Assembly (NCBI GenBank): GCA_027021335.1
Contig: JALUUO010000088.1
Coordinates: 37,916 to 101,915, forward strand
Reading direction: 5' to 3'
DNA from: Nitrospirota bacterium
GTDB lineage: Bacteria; Nitrospirota; Thermodesulfovibrionia; SZUA-242
DNA length: 64,000 bases
Shown here piece by piece: positions 50,622 to 58,939 of this stretch. The notes beneath the pieces are model-generated. The model was not told the origin of the DNA and ran no database searches. It worked only from the letters and a program-made list of their open reading frames with translations. The position numbers and the translations under genes were made by a program. Each line of letters opens with the position of its first letter. The stretch's first letter is position 1.

Positions 50622-51446
50622 TCACCTTTTTAAATTCCATGTCTCACTGCCGTAGCGTTTAACTTCCAGTGCTCCGGCAATTCTCTCTTCTTCAAGACTT
50701 AATCGCTCCTTCCTGAAATTTACTCCAAAGGTGCTTTTAAAACCATACTGCACCGCAGCCGCAAGCTCGTCAGAGGAAAGCCCGGGAACGAAATCTCTAA
50801 GCCCTGCCATTTTTTCTCCAGCCGCAGCCATTGCCCGTTTTCTTGCAGTTTCAGACCTGAAAGACAACAAGCTGTAAATATGGTCATGGTTTAATTCCAG
50901 CGGTATGGATCCCTGCTGCATCAAACCGCTTGACCAGCGTTTCTGTGCGCTCCCTATAATTTTACGGCCATCAACAGCAGCCTCGGCAAAACTTAATGAC
51001 TGAAAGCAGACAGGGTTTCTGCCGGCATTTATTCCAGGTCGGCCTGAGGAGCGCACAGAAGATATTTCAGCAGCTATTCCAAGTCTGTTAAATCCGGCAA
51101 TAAAGGCCTTACTAAGCAGCTTGTATGTTTCATGCAGGTTTAATGAGGAAAAAGGGGATTGAAAAGGCGATGAAAAACTGTATGTAAGCTCCTGCCTGCC
51201 ATGAACAACAGCACGGCCACCCGTTATTCGGCGCACTACATCAATATTGTTCTGCCTGCAACGCTCAACATTTACCTCACGCTTAATCTGTTGGAAATAA
51301 CCTATGGTTACAGCCGGACCGGACCAGGTATAAAGACGCAGGCTGGGAGGTGAGAGCTTTTTTCTGACAGATATTGAAACAGCTTCGTCAACCGCCATGT
51401 TCCTGGCAGGCCCGGCCCGGCCGTCTATTATCAGTCGCCAATTCAT
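50622..51446 (-). CDS. Lipoate-protein ligase A / octanoyltransferase (LipM-like)
   Basis: NMAVDEA, LRLYTW, VRRITGGRAVVH, GRKIIGSAQ. Confidence 0.9.
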   Translation of the reverse strand: MNWRLIIDGRAGPARNMAVDEAVSISVRKKLSPPSLRLYTWSGPAVTIGYFQQIKREVNVERCRQNNIDVVRRITGGRAVVHGRQELTYSFSSPFQSPFSSLNLHETYKLLSKAFIAGFNRLGIAAEISSVRSSGRPGINAGRNPVCFQSLSFAEAAVDGRKIIGSAQKRWSSGLMQQGSIPLELNHDHIYSLLSFRSETARKRAMAAAGEKMAGLRDFVPGLSSDELAAAVQYGFKSTFGVNFRKERLSLEEERIAGALEVKRYGSETWNLKR

Positions 51447-51572
51447 AATATTCTTAATCAAAGGGGGGCAGGTCTACACACTTGACATTTCTTTTGTTAT
51501 CATTACCGCATTAGAAGGCTTTCTCTTTCCAGTAACCTCGCTGTGGGCCGCTAGAGCGGCTCCCTATCCCGA

Positions 51573-52949
51573 TTACTTGCCTATACAGAAGTCTTTAAAA
51601 ATCACGTTCAGAATATCGTCTGCCGTGGTAACTCCAAGTATGTTATCTAGACCTTCCAGCGCTTCACGAAGGTCAAGTGACAGGATTTCAGGTGGTTCAC
51701 TATCCTGCTTCAAGCCGTCTATAAACGCATATAAGCATTGTAACGTTTTTTTAAGAGATGTTTTGTGGCGTATACGTGTGATTGTAGTTCCCTCTGTTGT
51801 GGAGTTCTCTTTAATTATGAGACTTCTTATTGCTGATTTCAGATCTGCAGTTCCCTTGTTATGTAGTGCAGAAACCTCAACATGGGTTAACTGAAGACCT
51901 GAACAAGCCAATGAAAAGGCACCGGGAAGATCCGTCTTGTTCAAAACTATCAGGGCCTTACTGCTGTTTAGCAGGTCGAGTAATTCAAGGTCGGAATTAT
52001 GCAAAGGCATTGACTTATCGAGGACAAGAAGTACAAGTTCCGCTTTTTTCATGGCTTCACGGCTTCTTCGCACGCCCTCTGATTCAGCAAGGTTATGGCT
52101 CTGCCTGATTCCTGCCGTATCGATAAGACGGATGGGAAGCCCGTCTACGCTTATGTTTTCCTCGATGGTATCCCTGGTTGTTCCGGGAATATCGGTTACA
52201 ATCGCCCGCTCTTCGGCCAAAAGCATGTTAAGAAGCGATGATTTTCCTACATTTGGACGGCCGATGATAGCCACAGTAGCCCCCTCTCGGAGTATCCTTC
52301 CTTTGTTGTAAGTTTCTATCAGGGTTTCGATTTCGCAAGCAAGTGACGTTGCCTGGTTATAAAAACTCTCAAAGTCGAACCGTGGTATTTCCTCCTCTGG
52401 AAAATCTATATAAGTCTCCAGGTGAGCGGTAAGTCTTATTAGCCTGTTTTTAAACTCCCCGATAGTTCTGCCTAACCTGCCTCCAAGCTGATCCGATGCA
52501 GAGATAAGGCTTCTGTGGGTTTTTGCCTGAATGACATCCATAACGGCTTCGGCCTGGGTAAGGTCTATTCGTCCATTTAGAAAAGCCAGCAGAGTGAATT
52601 CTCCTGGTTCAGCCGGTCTGGCTCCTCTGTCAAGCACTGTCTGAAGCACTTGTTGCAATGCTGAAGTTCCACCGTGACAGTGAATCTCCACCACATCTTC
52701 CCTGGTGTATGTCTTAGGCGCTCGCATATAGACAGCCAGTACTTCGTCAATAGGGGAGCCGGACTCGTCGATTATATGTCCGTAATAAAGTTGGTGTGAT
52801 CTGAACCGCTTGAGGGGACTGCCTGAGGGACTATGAAAAATACTGCGAAGAATAGCGAGTGATCGTTTCCCGCTTAGCTTAATAATCCCTATCGCACTTT
52901 CGCCCGGAGCCGTGGATATGGCGGCGATTGTATCATTGTGCCTCTGCAC
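51573..52949 (-). CDS. mnmE: tRNA modification GTPase MnmE
   Basis: DTIAAISTA, GRPNVGKSS, GTTRD, DTAG, C-terminal FCIGK. Confidence 0.98.
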   Translation of the reverse strand: MQRHNDTIAAISTAPGESAIGIIKLSGKRSLAILRSIFHSPSGSPLKRFRSHQLYYGHIIDESGSPIDEVLAVYMRAPKTYTREDVVEIHCHGGTSALQQVLQTVLDRGARPAEPGEFTLLAFLNGRIDLTQAEAVMDVIQAKTHRSLISASDQLGGRLGRTIGEFKNRLIRLTAHLETYIDFPEEEIPRFDFESFYNQATSLACEIETLIETYNKGRILREGATVAIIGRPNVGKSSLLNMLLAEERAIVTDIPGTTRDTIEENISVDGLPIRLIDTAGIRQSHNLAESEGVRRSREAMKKAELVLLVLDKSMPLHNSDLELLDLLNSSKALIVLNKTDLPGAFSLACSGLQLTHVEVSALHNKGTADLKSAIRSLIIKENSTTEGTTITRIRHKTSLKKTLQCLYAFIDGLKQDSEPPEILSLDLREALEGLDNILGVTTADDILNVIFKDFCIGK

Positions 52950-54588
52950 TGGCCGGTACTGCCTTACGGTTTGTGAATAACTGCTGAATGATTCCCAGGA
53001 TATTTCCGACTGTCCAGTAAAGAACCAGTCCTGAAGAGAGATTGAAGAACATAAAAGTAAAGATTATAGGCAGGTATTTCATCATTTTCATCTGGGCTGC
53101 TTGTTGACCGGATGAAGGGTTTGGCGTGAGTTTTTGCTGAAGAAACATGGTAGCTCCCATAATTATAGGCAGAATACCCAGTGCTGAGCCGCCTAGGAAG
53201 GGTATTGCCTCGGGAAAGTGTCCAAACAAGGTATCCGGAGCTGAAAGATCGGTAAGCCAGGCAACAAACGGAGCCTGTCTAAGCTCTATAGAAATAAGAA
53301 GCACTTTATAGAGAGCGAAAAAGACAGGAATCTGAAGCACCATCGGCAAGCAACCGCTTACTGGGTTGACCCCGGCCTCTTTGTAAAGCTTCATCGTTTC
53401 GGTCTGAATCTTCTTGCTGTCGTTTTTGTATTTCTGCTTAAGCTCCTGCAGCTTTGGGTTGAGCTCCTGCATTTTCTTCATAGATTTCTGGCTTTTATTC
53501 ATCAGTGGAATAAAAGGAATTCTGGTTAGAATAGATATAAGAATTATGGATACTCCGTAATTACCCGTTACTTTATATAGAAGTTTAAGAAACCAGAACA
53601 GAGGGTGGGCTATAAATGACCAGAAACCAAAATTCACAATATCCTGCAGACCGACCTGTTTTAGCATATCGTACTGTTTAGGTCCGGCGTAAAGCGTGAA
53701 CTTTGAATCTTCGTCATTGACTGTGTATGCAATTTCGAGTTTTTCGCCGTTTTTCCAGACTTGTGCAGCGCCTCTGCCTGATTCGGGTTTCAAGGCTGCG
53801 GTGAAGTATTTATCTTCTTGCGCTATCCATCGAACATCTTGATTAAACTCAAGGGTTCCCTCATCCAGGTCTGACAAACTGAAGGCTTCCCTGCTCGTGC
53901 CTTGTAACAGGGACGGTCCAACGTGCGTATACATTGCGGCCGCATTAATGTTTGGTATGCCGAAGCCGTCCCCAATCGCCAGTTGATACGAGGGGGCTCC
54001 TTTAACTGTAACCGCCATATCTATGCGATACGAATCAAAGTAAAAGGTAAAGCTTTTTTTGATAAGTAGGCCTGACTTATCCTTGTAAGTAAAAGTCAGG
54101 CTTTGAGTATTATTCCCGTCAAATTCAACAGAGTTCCGATCTGTGCTATAGATAACCTTTGACGGAAGGTCTGCACGGGTGTCGTTTATTACTATAGACA
54201 TAGGAGGCAGAACGCCGGAAGCGGGACGTATAAGACGGATGGGTTTTCCGAAGTCATCGGTATATTTATTCAGATCCCACTTAATCGCCGTAGCTCCGAG
54301 AGTTGTAAAAACGGCATGGTAGAGTTCTGTTTTTACCTCAATTTTCTGTTCGGTCAGATTTTGTTCTGAGGGAAACGCCTCTTGCGCCTCTGGCGCGTTC
54401 AAGTCTTTCTCGTACAGGGGCTTTTCTTCTTTGGATATAGGCTGTTCTTCTGCTTGTCGCTGTTCATTCATCCTCTGCTGTTGCTGGATCTGTTGGCCAG
54501 GATTTCGGGGGGGAGGCGCAAAAAAACGGCTCCACAAGACCAGTACTGCAAGTGAGAGGGCTGCTGCAAGAAGTGCTCGTTTTTCCAT
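52933..54588 (-). CDS. yidC: Membrane protein insertase YidC
   Basis: MEKR start, YAGPK, GNYGVSII, GCLPMVLQIPVFFALY, W..DLS.PD, GLVLYW. Confidence 0.98.
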   Translation of the reverse strand: MEKRALLAAALSLAVLVLWSRFFAPPPRNPGQQIQQQQRMNEQRQAEEQPISKEEKPLYEKDLNAPEAQEAFPSEQNLTEQKIEVKTELYHAVFTTLGATAIKWDLNKYTDDFGKPIRLIRPASGVLPPMSIVINDTRADLPSKVIYSTDRNSVEFDGNNTQSLTFTYKDKSGLLIKKSFTFYFDSYRIDMAVTVKGAPSYQLAIGDGFGIPNINAAAMYTHVGPSLLQGTSREAFSLSDLDEGTLEFNQDVRWIAQEDKYFTAALKPESGRGAAQVWKNGEKLEIAYTVNDEDSKFTLYAGPKQYDMLKQVGLQDIVNFGFWSFIAHPLFWFLKLLYKVTGNYGVSIILISILTRIPFIPLMNKSQKSMKKMQELNPKLQELKQKYKNDSKKIQTETMKLYKEAGVNPVSGCLPMVLQIPVFFALYKVLLISIELRQAPFVAWLTDLSAPDTLFGHFPEAIPFLGGSALGILPIIMGATMFLQQKLTPNPSSGQQAAQMKMMKYLPIIFTFMFFNLSSGLVLYWTVGNILGIIQQLFTNRKAVPASAEAQ

Positions 54589-54682
54589 ATTAAGTTTTTT
54601 GTTTTTTTAAAGAAAAGTTATTTTTATCTTTATATTATGTTTATTTTTACTTAAGTTACCGGAGTTTATTTCCGGCAGTTAC

Positions 54683-54892
54683 TTACTTTACTGGGTCGTG
54701 TCCACCTTCGTGAAACGGGTGGCATTTTAGAAGACGCTTGACTGCCAGGATGCTTCCATGTCCGGCTCCATGCTTGTTTATCGCTTCGATTGCATATTCG
54801 GAGCAAGTCGGCACAAACCTACAGCTTGACGGAAGAACCGGAGATATTAAATTCCTATAAAACTTGATAAGGATTGTTAAAAGAGTTCTCAA
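54683..54892 (-). CDS. yidD: Membrane protein insertion efficiency factor YidD
   Basis: ISP...[12 protein letters not shown]...[13 protein letters not shown]. Confidence 0.97.
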   Translation of the reverse strand: MRTLLTILIKFYRNLISPVLPSSCRFVPTCSEYAIEAINKHGAGHGSILAVKRLLKCHPFHEGGHDPVK

Positions 54893-55212
54893 GGCCGTAT
54901 ACGTTCGAAAAGATTTATAAGTGAGGTTTTTATCTGTACAAGTGTGTTGTTACAAATAGGCTTTCTAGCCATAAGCACCAAGTCGTATCCGGACTGAAAA
55001 CGCTCAGGCATCTCATTGGCAGCCTCCCTTAGAAGCCGTTTAATACGGTTGCGGACCACTGCGCCTCCCACCTTTTTGCCTACGGCGATGCCAAGTCTTG
55101 TGATTTCCTCTCCGGTTTTAAGATAATAAATCACTATACCGGCGGAGACTACAAAACGTCCATCACGAAAAACCCTTTGAAACAGGCTGGATTTCCTTAA
55201 ACGCTCAACCGT
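54889..55212 (-). CDS. rnpA: Ribonuclease P protein component (start codon non-canonical or uncertain)
   Basis: RNR motif [14 protein letters not shown]. The frame extends upstream of the called GTG (55134) through [13 protein letters not shown] to an in-frame TAG at 55216-55218. Confidence 0.9.
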   Translation of the reverse strand, partial: TVERLRKSSLFQRVFRDGRFVVSAGIVIYYLKTGEEITRLGIAVGKKVGGAVVRNRIKRLLREAANEMPERFQSGYDLVLMARKPICNNTLVQIKTSLINLFERIRP

Positions 55213-55337
55213 TTTCTACCTTTAGCCCTTCTTCTCTTCAGGATCTTTCGTCCGCTTTTGGTGCTGGAACGCTCCAGAAAACCATGCTTACGCTTTCTCT
55301 TGATATTGTGAGGACGATATGTTGTGTAAGTTCCCAT
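55197..55337 (-). CDS. rpmH: 50S ribosomal protein L34 (missing from the ORF track)
   Basis: Manual translation: [46 protein letters not shown]. Confidence 0.97.
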   Translation of the reverse strand: MGTYTTYRPHNIKRKRKHGFLERSSTKSGRKILKRRRAKGRKRLSV

Positions 55338-55392
55338 AAGACAAATAATATAAGAAACTAGACAATATAAGTCAAGTACCCTTGCAACTCTG

Positions 55393-55445
55393 TGTCAAGC
55401 TAAAATAGAAATGTCCTGTTCTTACCAAAATAGAAATGTCCTGTT
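55393..55445 (+). repeat. 19-bp direct repeat x2 after TGTCAAG, probable orphan IS end (IS1202/ISNCY-like)
   Basis: AAAATAGAAATGTCCTGTT at 55402-55420 and 55427-55445 (25-bp period), preceded by 5'-TGT; the family assignment is from memory. Confidence 0.65.
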
Positions 55446-55460
55446 TTTATGTTTGAACCC

Positions 55461-56108
55461 TCAACTCTTCACAAAGATAGCGTTAAGTTTGGGAAGCGCT
55501 TCGATTGCCGCTTTTAGGCGCAGACGAAAAATATCCTCACTGCTCATCCTGGATACTTTATGAGGGGATAGACCCGCAGGGGGCAGGTCTGTGTTATAAA
55601 TCATCATGGCGAAAGCTGACCTGAAAAGACTTTTATCCGTCATACCGATCGTTTCAGCCTGATTTATGAACTCCACCCATACTTCCCACATCCTGTCATA
55701 GAGGGAAGTCTCCTGCTTTTTGCGGTAACCGGTAACTGTTTGACTGGTTGGTGCATCAAAGCCGGCGCAGGCGTTTTTTGAAAGAAGAACGTACTTGAAA
55801 CCGTTATGAAATAATTTTCCAAGTGGAAAAAGACGGCATACAAGGGGACGTACGCTATAAATCGAGCAGGCGTTGTTTTTTAGAAAGGGGCAGACATTCT
55901 CACGGTTTATTGTAACCAGAGGGAATCCATTGCCTGGATCATATGATTCTTCAAAATAGTCGTCATCTAGGATATCGTATGATATGCCTGTGAATCTACT
56001 TATGCGGTGTATCTCAAAAGGGCTGAGAACCAGGGGATGCCCTGTTGTGCAGCACCTAAGATCGCAAGCTTTCGGCACGCATTCAAAACAAAACCGGCCT
56101 GACGTCAT
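55461..56108 (-). CDS. YkgJ-family cysteine-cluster protein
   Basis: FECVPKACDLRCC, CPFL...CSIYSVRPLVCRLFP. Confidence 0.85.
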   Translation of the reverse strand: MTSGRFCFECVPKACDLRCCTTGHPLVLSPFEIHRISRFTGISYDILDDDYFEESYDPGNGFPLVTINRENVCPFLKNNACSIYSVRPLVCRLFPLGKLFHNGFKYVLLSKNACAGFDAPTSQTVTGYRKKQETSLYDRMWEVWVEFINQAETIGMTDKSLFRSAFAMMIYNTDLPPAGLSPHKVSRMSSEDIFRLRLKAAIEALPKLNAIFVKS

Positions 56109-56125
56109 ATCTAGTTCTGGGTTTT

Positions 56126-56671
56126 TTATGTCGATATTTCCTTTCCTATGATTTTCTTTTTAAGAACGACAAATTCAGAGTCGTTGATTTTTCCCGTCTC
56201 TTTTAACCTAACTAAGCGCTCCAGGCTGTTTAGCGGGTCATCTTCTTTGCGTTTTCCGCGAAGATTGGCCAGTAAAGAATTATTCTGTTCAATAAGCTGT
56301 GCCCGTCTGTAAGCATTTCTGATAGTCACCAGCATTTCATCCATGCGGAATGGCTTGGTTACATAATCGTAAGCTCCTTCCTTAACAGCTTCCAGTGCGC
56401 TTTTGATGGTGGCATAAGCGGTAATGATGACTACGGAAGTATCGGGATCAAGGGACATGGTTCTTTTCAGAATTTCCAGGCCGGTTGCACCTGACATCTT
56501 TAAATCAGTGATTACCAGATGGAATTGCTTGTGAAGTATACTGGTTAAAGCCTCATTTCCGTCAGCAGCTATTTCCACTGTATAATTTTCACGGGTTATT
56601 ATATCTGCAAGCAGGTCCCTGACACTTTCATCGTCGTCCGCCACCAGGATTCTGAAATCTTCTTTTTTCAT
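56126..56671 (-). CDS. Response regulator with C-terminal SHOCT-like domain
   Basis: ILVADDD, ITDLKM, ITAY, YVTKPF; tail LERLVRLKETGKINDSEFVVLKKKII. Confidence 0.85.
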   Translation of the reverse strand: MKKEDFRILVADDDESVRDLLADIITRENYTVEIAADGNEALTSILHKQFHLVITDLKMSGATGLEILKRTMSLDPDTSVVIITAYATIKSALEAVKEGAYDYVTKPFRMDEMLVTIRNAYRRAQLIEQNNSLLANLRGKRKEDDPLNSLERLVRLKETGKINDSEFVVLKKKIIGKEIST

Positions 56672-56824
56672 CTTAGCCTCTTACAACTATTAAGGTTGAA
56701 GTTACTATACGCGGGACAGTAAGCCCGCTTTGGTGGAGACAATTATATCAGATTTATGTTTGTCTGGGCAGTTAACGGATGATTGTTAATTTTTTTATCA
56801 GTTCGTCCGATGAGATAAAACATC

Positions 56825-58432
56825 ATGCCTAGGACGAAAAAACAATCAAGCAAGAGCGGGGCCGGGTTATCATCTAAAAAACTGAAGCAGCTTCATGCCC
56901 TGGTCGGCAGAATTGCGCCGATCATGGATATAGATCTGCTGCTTACCGAGGTCTATCACCAGATACTTGTGCTTTTTGCGACGCGTGACGCTGCCGTGGT
57001 TCTAAACGACATCGGTGAGGTGAAGGGCTCAAACTTGCTTATGCGTGTAAGAAGAAGTGATGGGTTTAAGAGTATTCGGCTGGATACAGGCCGCCCCGGA
57101 CTTGGACAGCACATAGCAGGTTTTGACGGTGCGGCCGTTATAGACGACATATTCGAGGTGGATAATATTCCTGCGCCGCCATCGAAACGGATCACTGCAA
57201 ATATGCCGCGTTGTGTACTGGGTGGCCCGCTGATTGTTGATGGTATGTGCAAGGGTATTGTAGCTGCCGGACGCATTAACTCCGGTTGTTTCAGCGCTGA
57301 GGAACAAACCCTTATGCGGTTATTTTTGGACCATGTGACGATAGCGGTTCAAAATGCATTTAAATACAGGCAGGAAAAACTCTCAAGTCTTGAGTGGATA
57401 AAAGTTGTGGACGCTTTGAACGATGGTATATTTGTTCATGATAGCTCCAACAAGATCCTCCGTGCCAATCGCAGATTTGTCGAGATGTTCGGCAAAGGAC
57501 TTGGCAGTGTAACCGGTATGGACTGTTCCAAGCTTTTCTCAAGTAACGGGGAAAGCGGATGCCCATACTGCAAACAGAAAGACTCCTTATCCGACAACAA
57601 GCCTGAGTTGCTGTCGGCTGTTTCCAGTTGTTCCATCAGGGATGAATCGAACAATATTCATAGCGTTGTACATGTTGTAAGAGAAGGGCAGGATGAAGTT
57701 AATGGTTTAGGCAATGACAGTCTTGAGGCCCTGGGAGGATTGATCAGTGGTGTGGCGCACGAGGTGAAAACTCCTATTACCGGTATTATCGGCTATAGTG
57801 AACTTGCTCTTGATAAGGTAAGGGAGAAAAATCCTGCGGACGAAAAGATAATGCATTATTTAAACAGGATACACTCCGAGGGTAATAGGGCGTATAGAAT
57901 AATCCACGATCTCTTGTACTTTTCCAGAAATCATCAGCCGGAAACCGGAAGGGTTAAGGTGACAGAGCTATTAACCGGGCTTTTCGATATAGAGGCGCGC
58001 AGACTTAAGAAACACCATATAAAGCTTAAAAAGAAGATGCTGGAAGTGCCGGATGTCTGGGGAGACCCCAGACAGATACAGCAGGTATTTGCCAACGTAT
58101 TAAGTAATGCGATTCAGGCTTTAATGCTTGTCGAAGGCGGCGGTGTACTCGAGGTTGAGACGTCGGCTGAAGTTGAAAGTGTGCTGATAACGGTCAGGGA
58201 CACAGGTCCGGGAATCAGCCCGGAGGTTAGGGGCAGAATATTCGATCCGTTTTTCGGGGTTGAAGGTTTCAGCGATGGAATAGGTTTGGGGTTAAGTGTT
58301 GCTTTTGGCATAGTAAATGCCCATGGAGGAAAGATTTCCGTAGGCGCTCTGGGAGAAAAAGGCACAGAAGTTTTGATCCGTCTGCCTGTTAGAAGGGATT
58401 CGGTTGACAAACATGCACAACTTCAAGTATAA
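56825..58432 (+). CDS. Cytoplasmic sensor histidine kinase (GAF-PAS-HisKA-HATPase)
   Basis: GVAHEVKTP, NAIQA, DTGPGI, IFDPFF, GLGL; GAF signature FSAEEQ.L; no TM. Confidence 0.9.
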   Translation: MPRTKKQSSKSGAGLSSKKLKQLHALVGRIAPIMDIDLLLTEVYHQILVLFATRDAAVVLNDIGEVKGSNLLMRVRRSDGFKSIRLDTGRPGLGQHIAGFDGAAVIDDIFEVDNIPAPPSKRITANMPRCVLGGPLIVDGMCKGIVAAGRINSGCFSAEEQTLMRLFLDHVTIAVQNAFKYRQEKLSSLEWIKVVDALNDGIFVHDSSNKILRANRRFVEMFGKGLGSVTGMDCSKLFSSNGESGCPYCKQKDSLSDNKPELLSAVSSCSIRDESNNIHSVVHVVREGQDEVNGLGNDSLEALGGLISGVAHEVKTPITGIIGYSELALDKVREKNPADEKIMHYLNRIHSEGNRAYRIIHDLLYFSRNHQPETGRVKVTELLTGLFDIEARRLKKHHIKLKKKMLEVPDVWGDPRQIQQVFANVLSNAIQALMLVEGGGVLEVETSAEVESVLITVRDTGPGISPEVRGRIFDPFFGVEGFSDGIGLGLSVAFGIVNAHGGKISVGALGEKGTEVLIRLPVRRDSVDKHAQLQV

Positions 58433-58447
58433 ATACCTTACCAACAC

Positions 58448-58523
58448 GGGCGGTTAGCTCAGCTGGGAGAGCGCAGCCCTTACAAGGCTGATGTCACAGG
58501 TTCAAGCCCTGTACCGCCTACCA
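58448..58523 (+). tRNA. tRNA-Val(TAC)
   Basis: Cloverleaf; anticodon arm CAGCC-CTTACAA-GGCTG, T-loop GGTTCAAGCC, encoded CCA. Confidence 0.97.
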
Positions 58524-58600
58524 CTTTTACTGTGACACGACAGAGGCTTGATCCATGTGCAATTCTTAAACTGCACTATATAAACATAAAAACTAATGCG

Positions 58601-58678
58601 GGGGTGGTAGTTCAGCTTGGTTAGAACGCCGGCCTGTCACGCCGGAGGTCGCGGGTTCGAGCCCCGTCCGCCCCGCCA
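58601..58678 (+). tRNA. tRNA-Asp(GTC)
   Basis: Anticodon arm CCGGC-CTGTCAC-GCCGG, GGTTCGAGCC, encoded CCA. Confidence 0.97.
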
Positions 58679-58742
58679 TTTCCTTATTCCTTTTTTTAAA
58701 AAAATAAAAAATCATACTCCAAAGTGTCGTTTTCTACTTTAC

Positions 58743-58819
58743 GCCCCCTTAGCTCAGTAGGATAGAGCACAAGTTTCCTAAACTTGGTGTCGCAGGTTCG
58801 ATTCCTGCAGGGGGTACCA
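58743..58819 (+). tRNA. tRNA-Arg(CCT)
   Basis: Anticodon arm CAAGT-TTCCTAA-ACTTG, GGTTCGATTCC, encoded CCA. Confidence 0.97.
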
Positions 58820-58939
58820 ACCGCATATTTTTAAATCTTTCACCCGTGTCGGGCTTGCCTGGTTCAGGTTATGGGTCTTTCGGCCGAAAATATAATTGTG
58901 AACCAAAAACGCTCAGACAGTCGCTTGGTCGGCTATGCC

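Noticed and set aside
55393-55445. Direct repeats as a CRISPR array or DnaA boxes
   Set aside because: Only two units with a 6-nt gap, no cas genes, and no match to TTATCCACA
58448-58870. tRNA cluster as the integration site of an island
   Set aside because: No integrase and no duplicated tRNA 3' end found in the window
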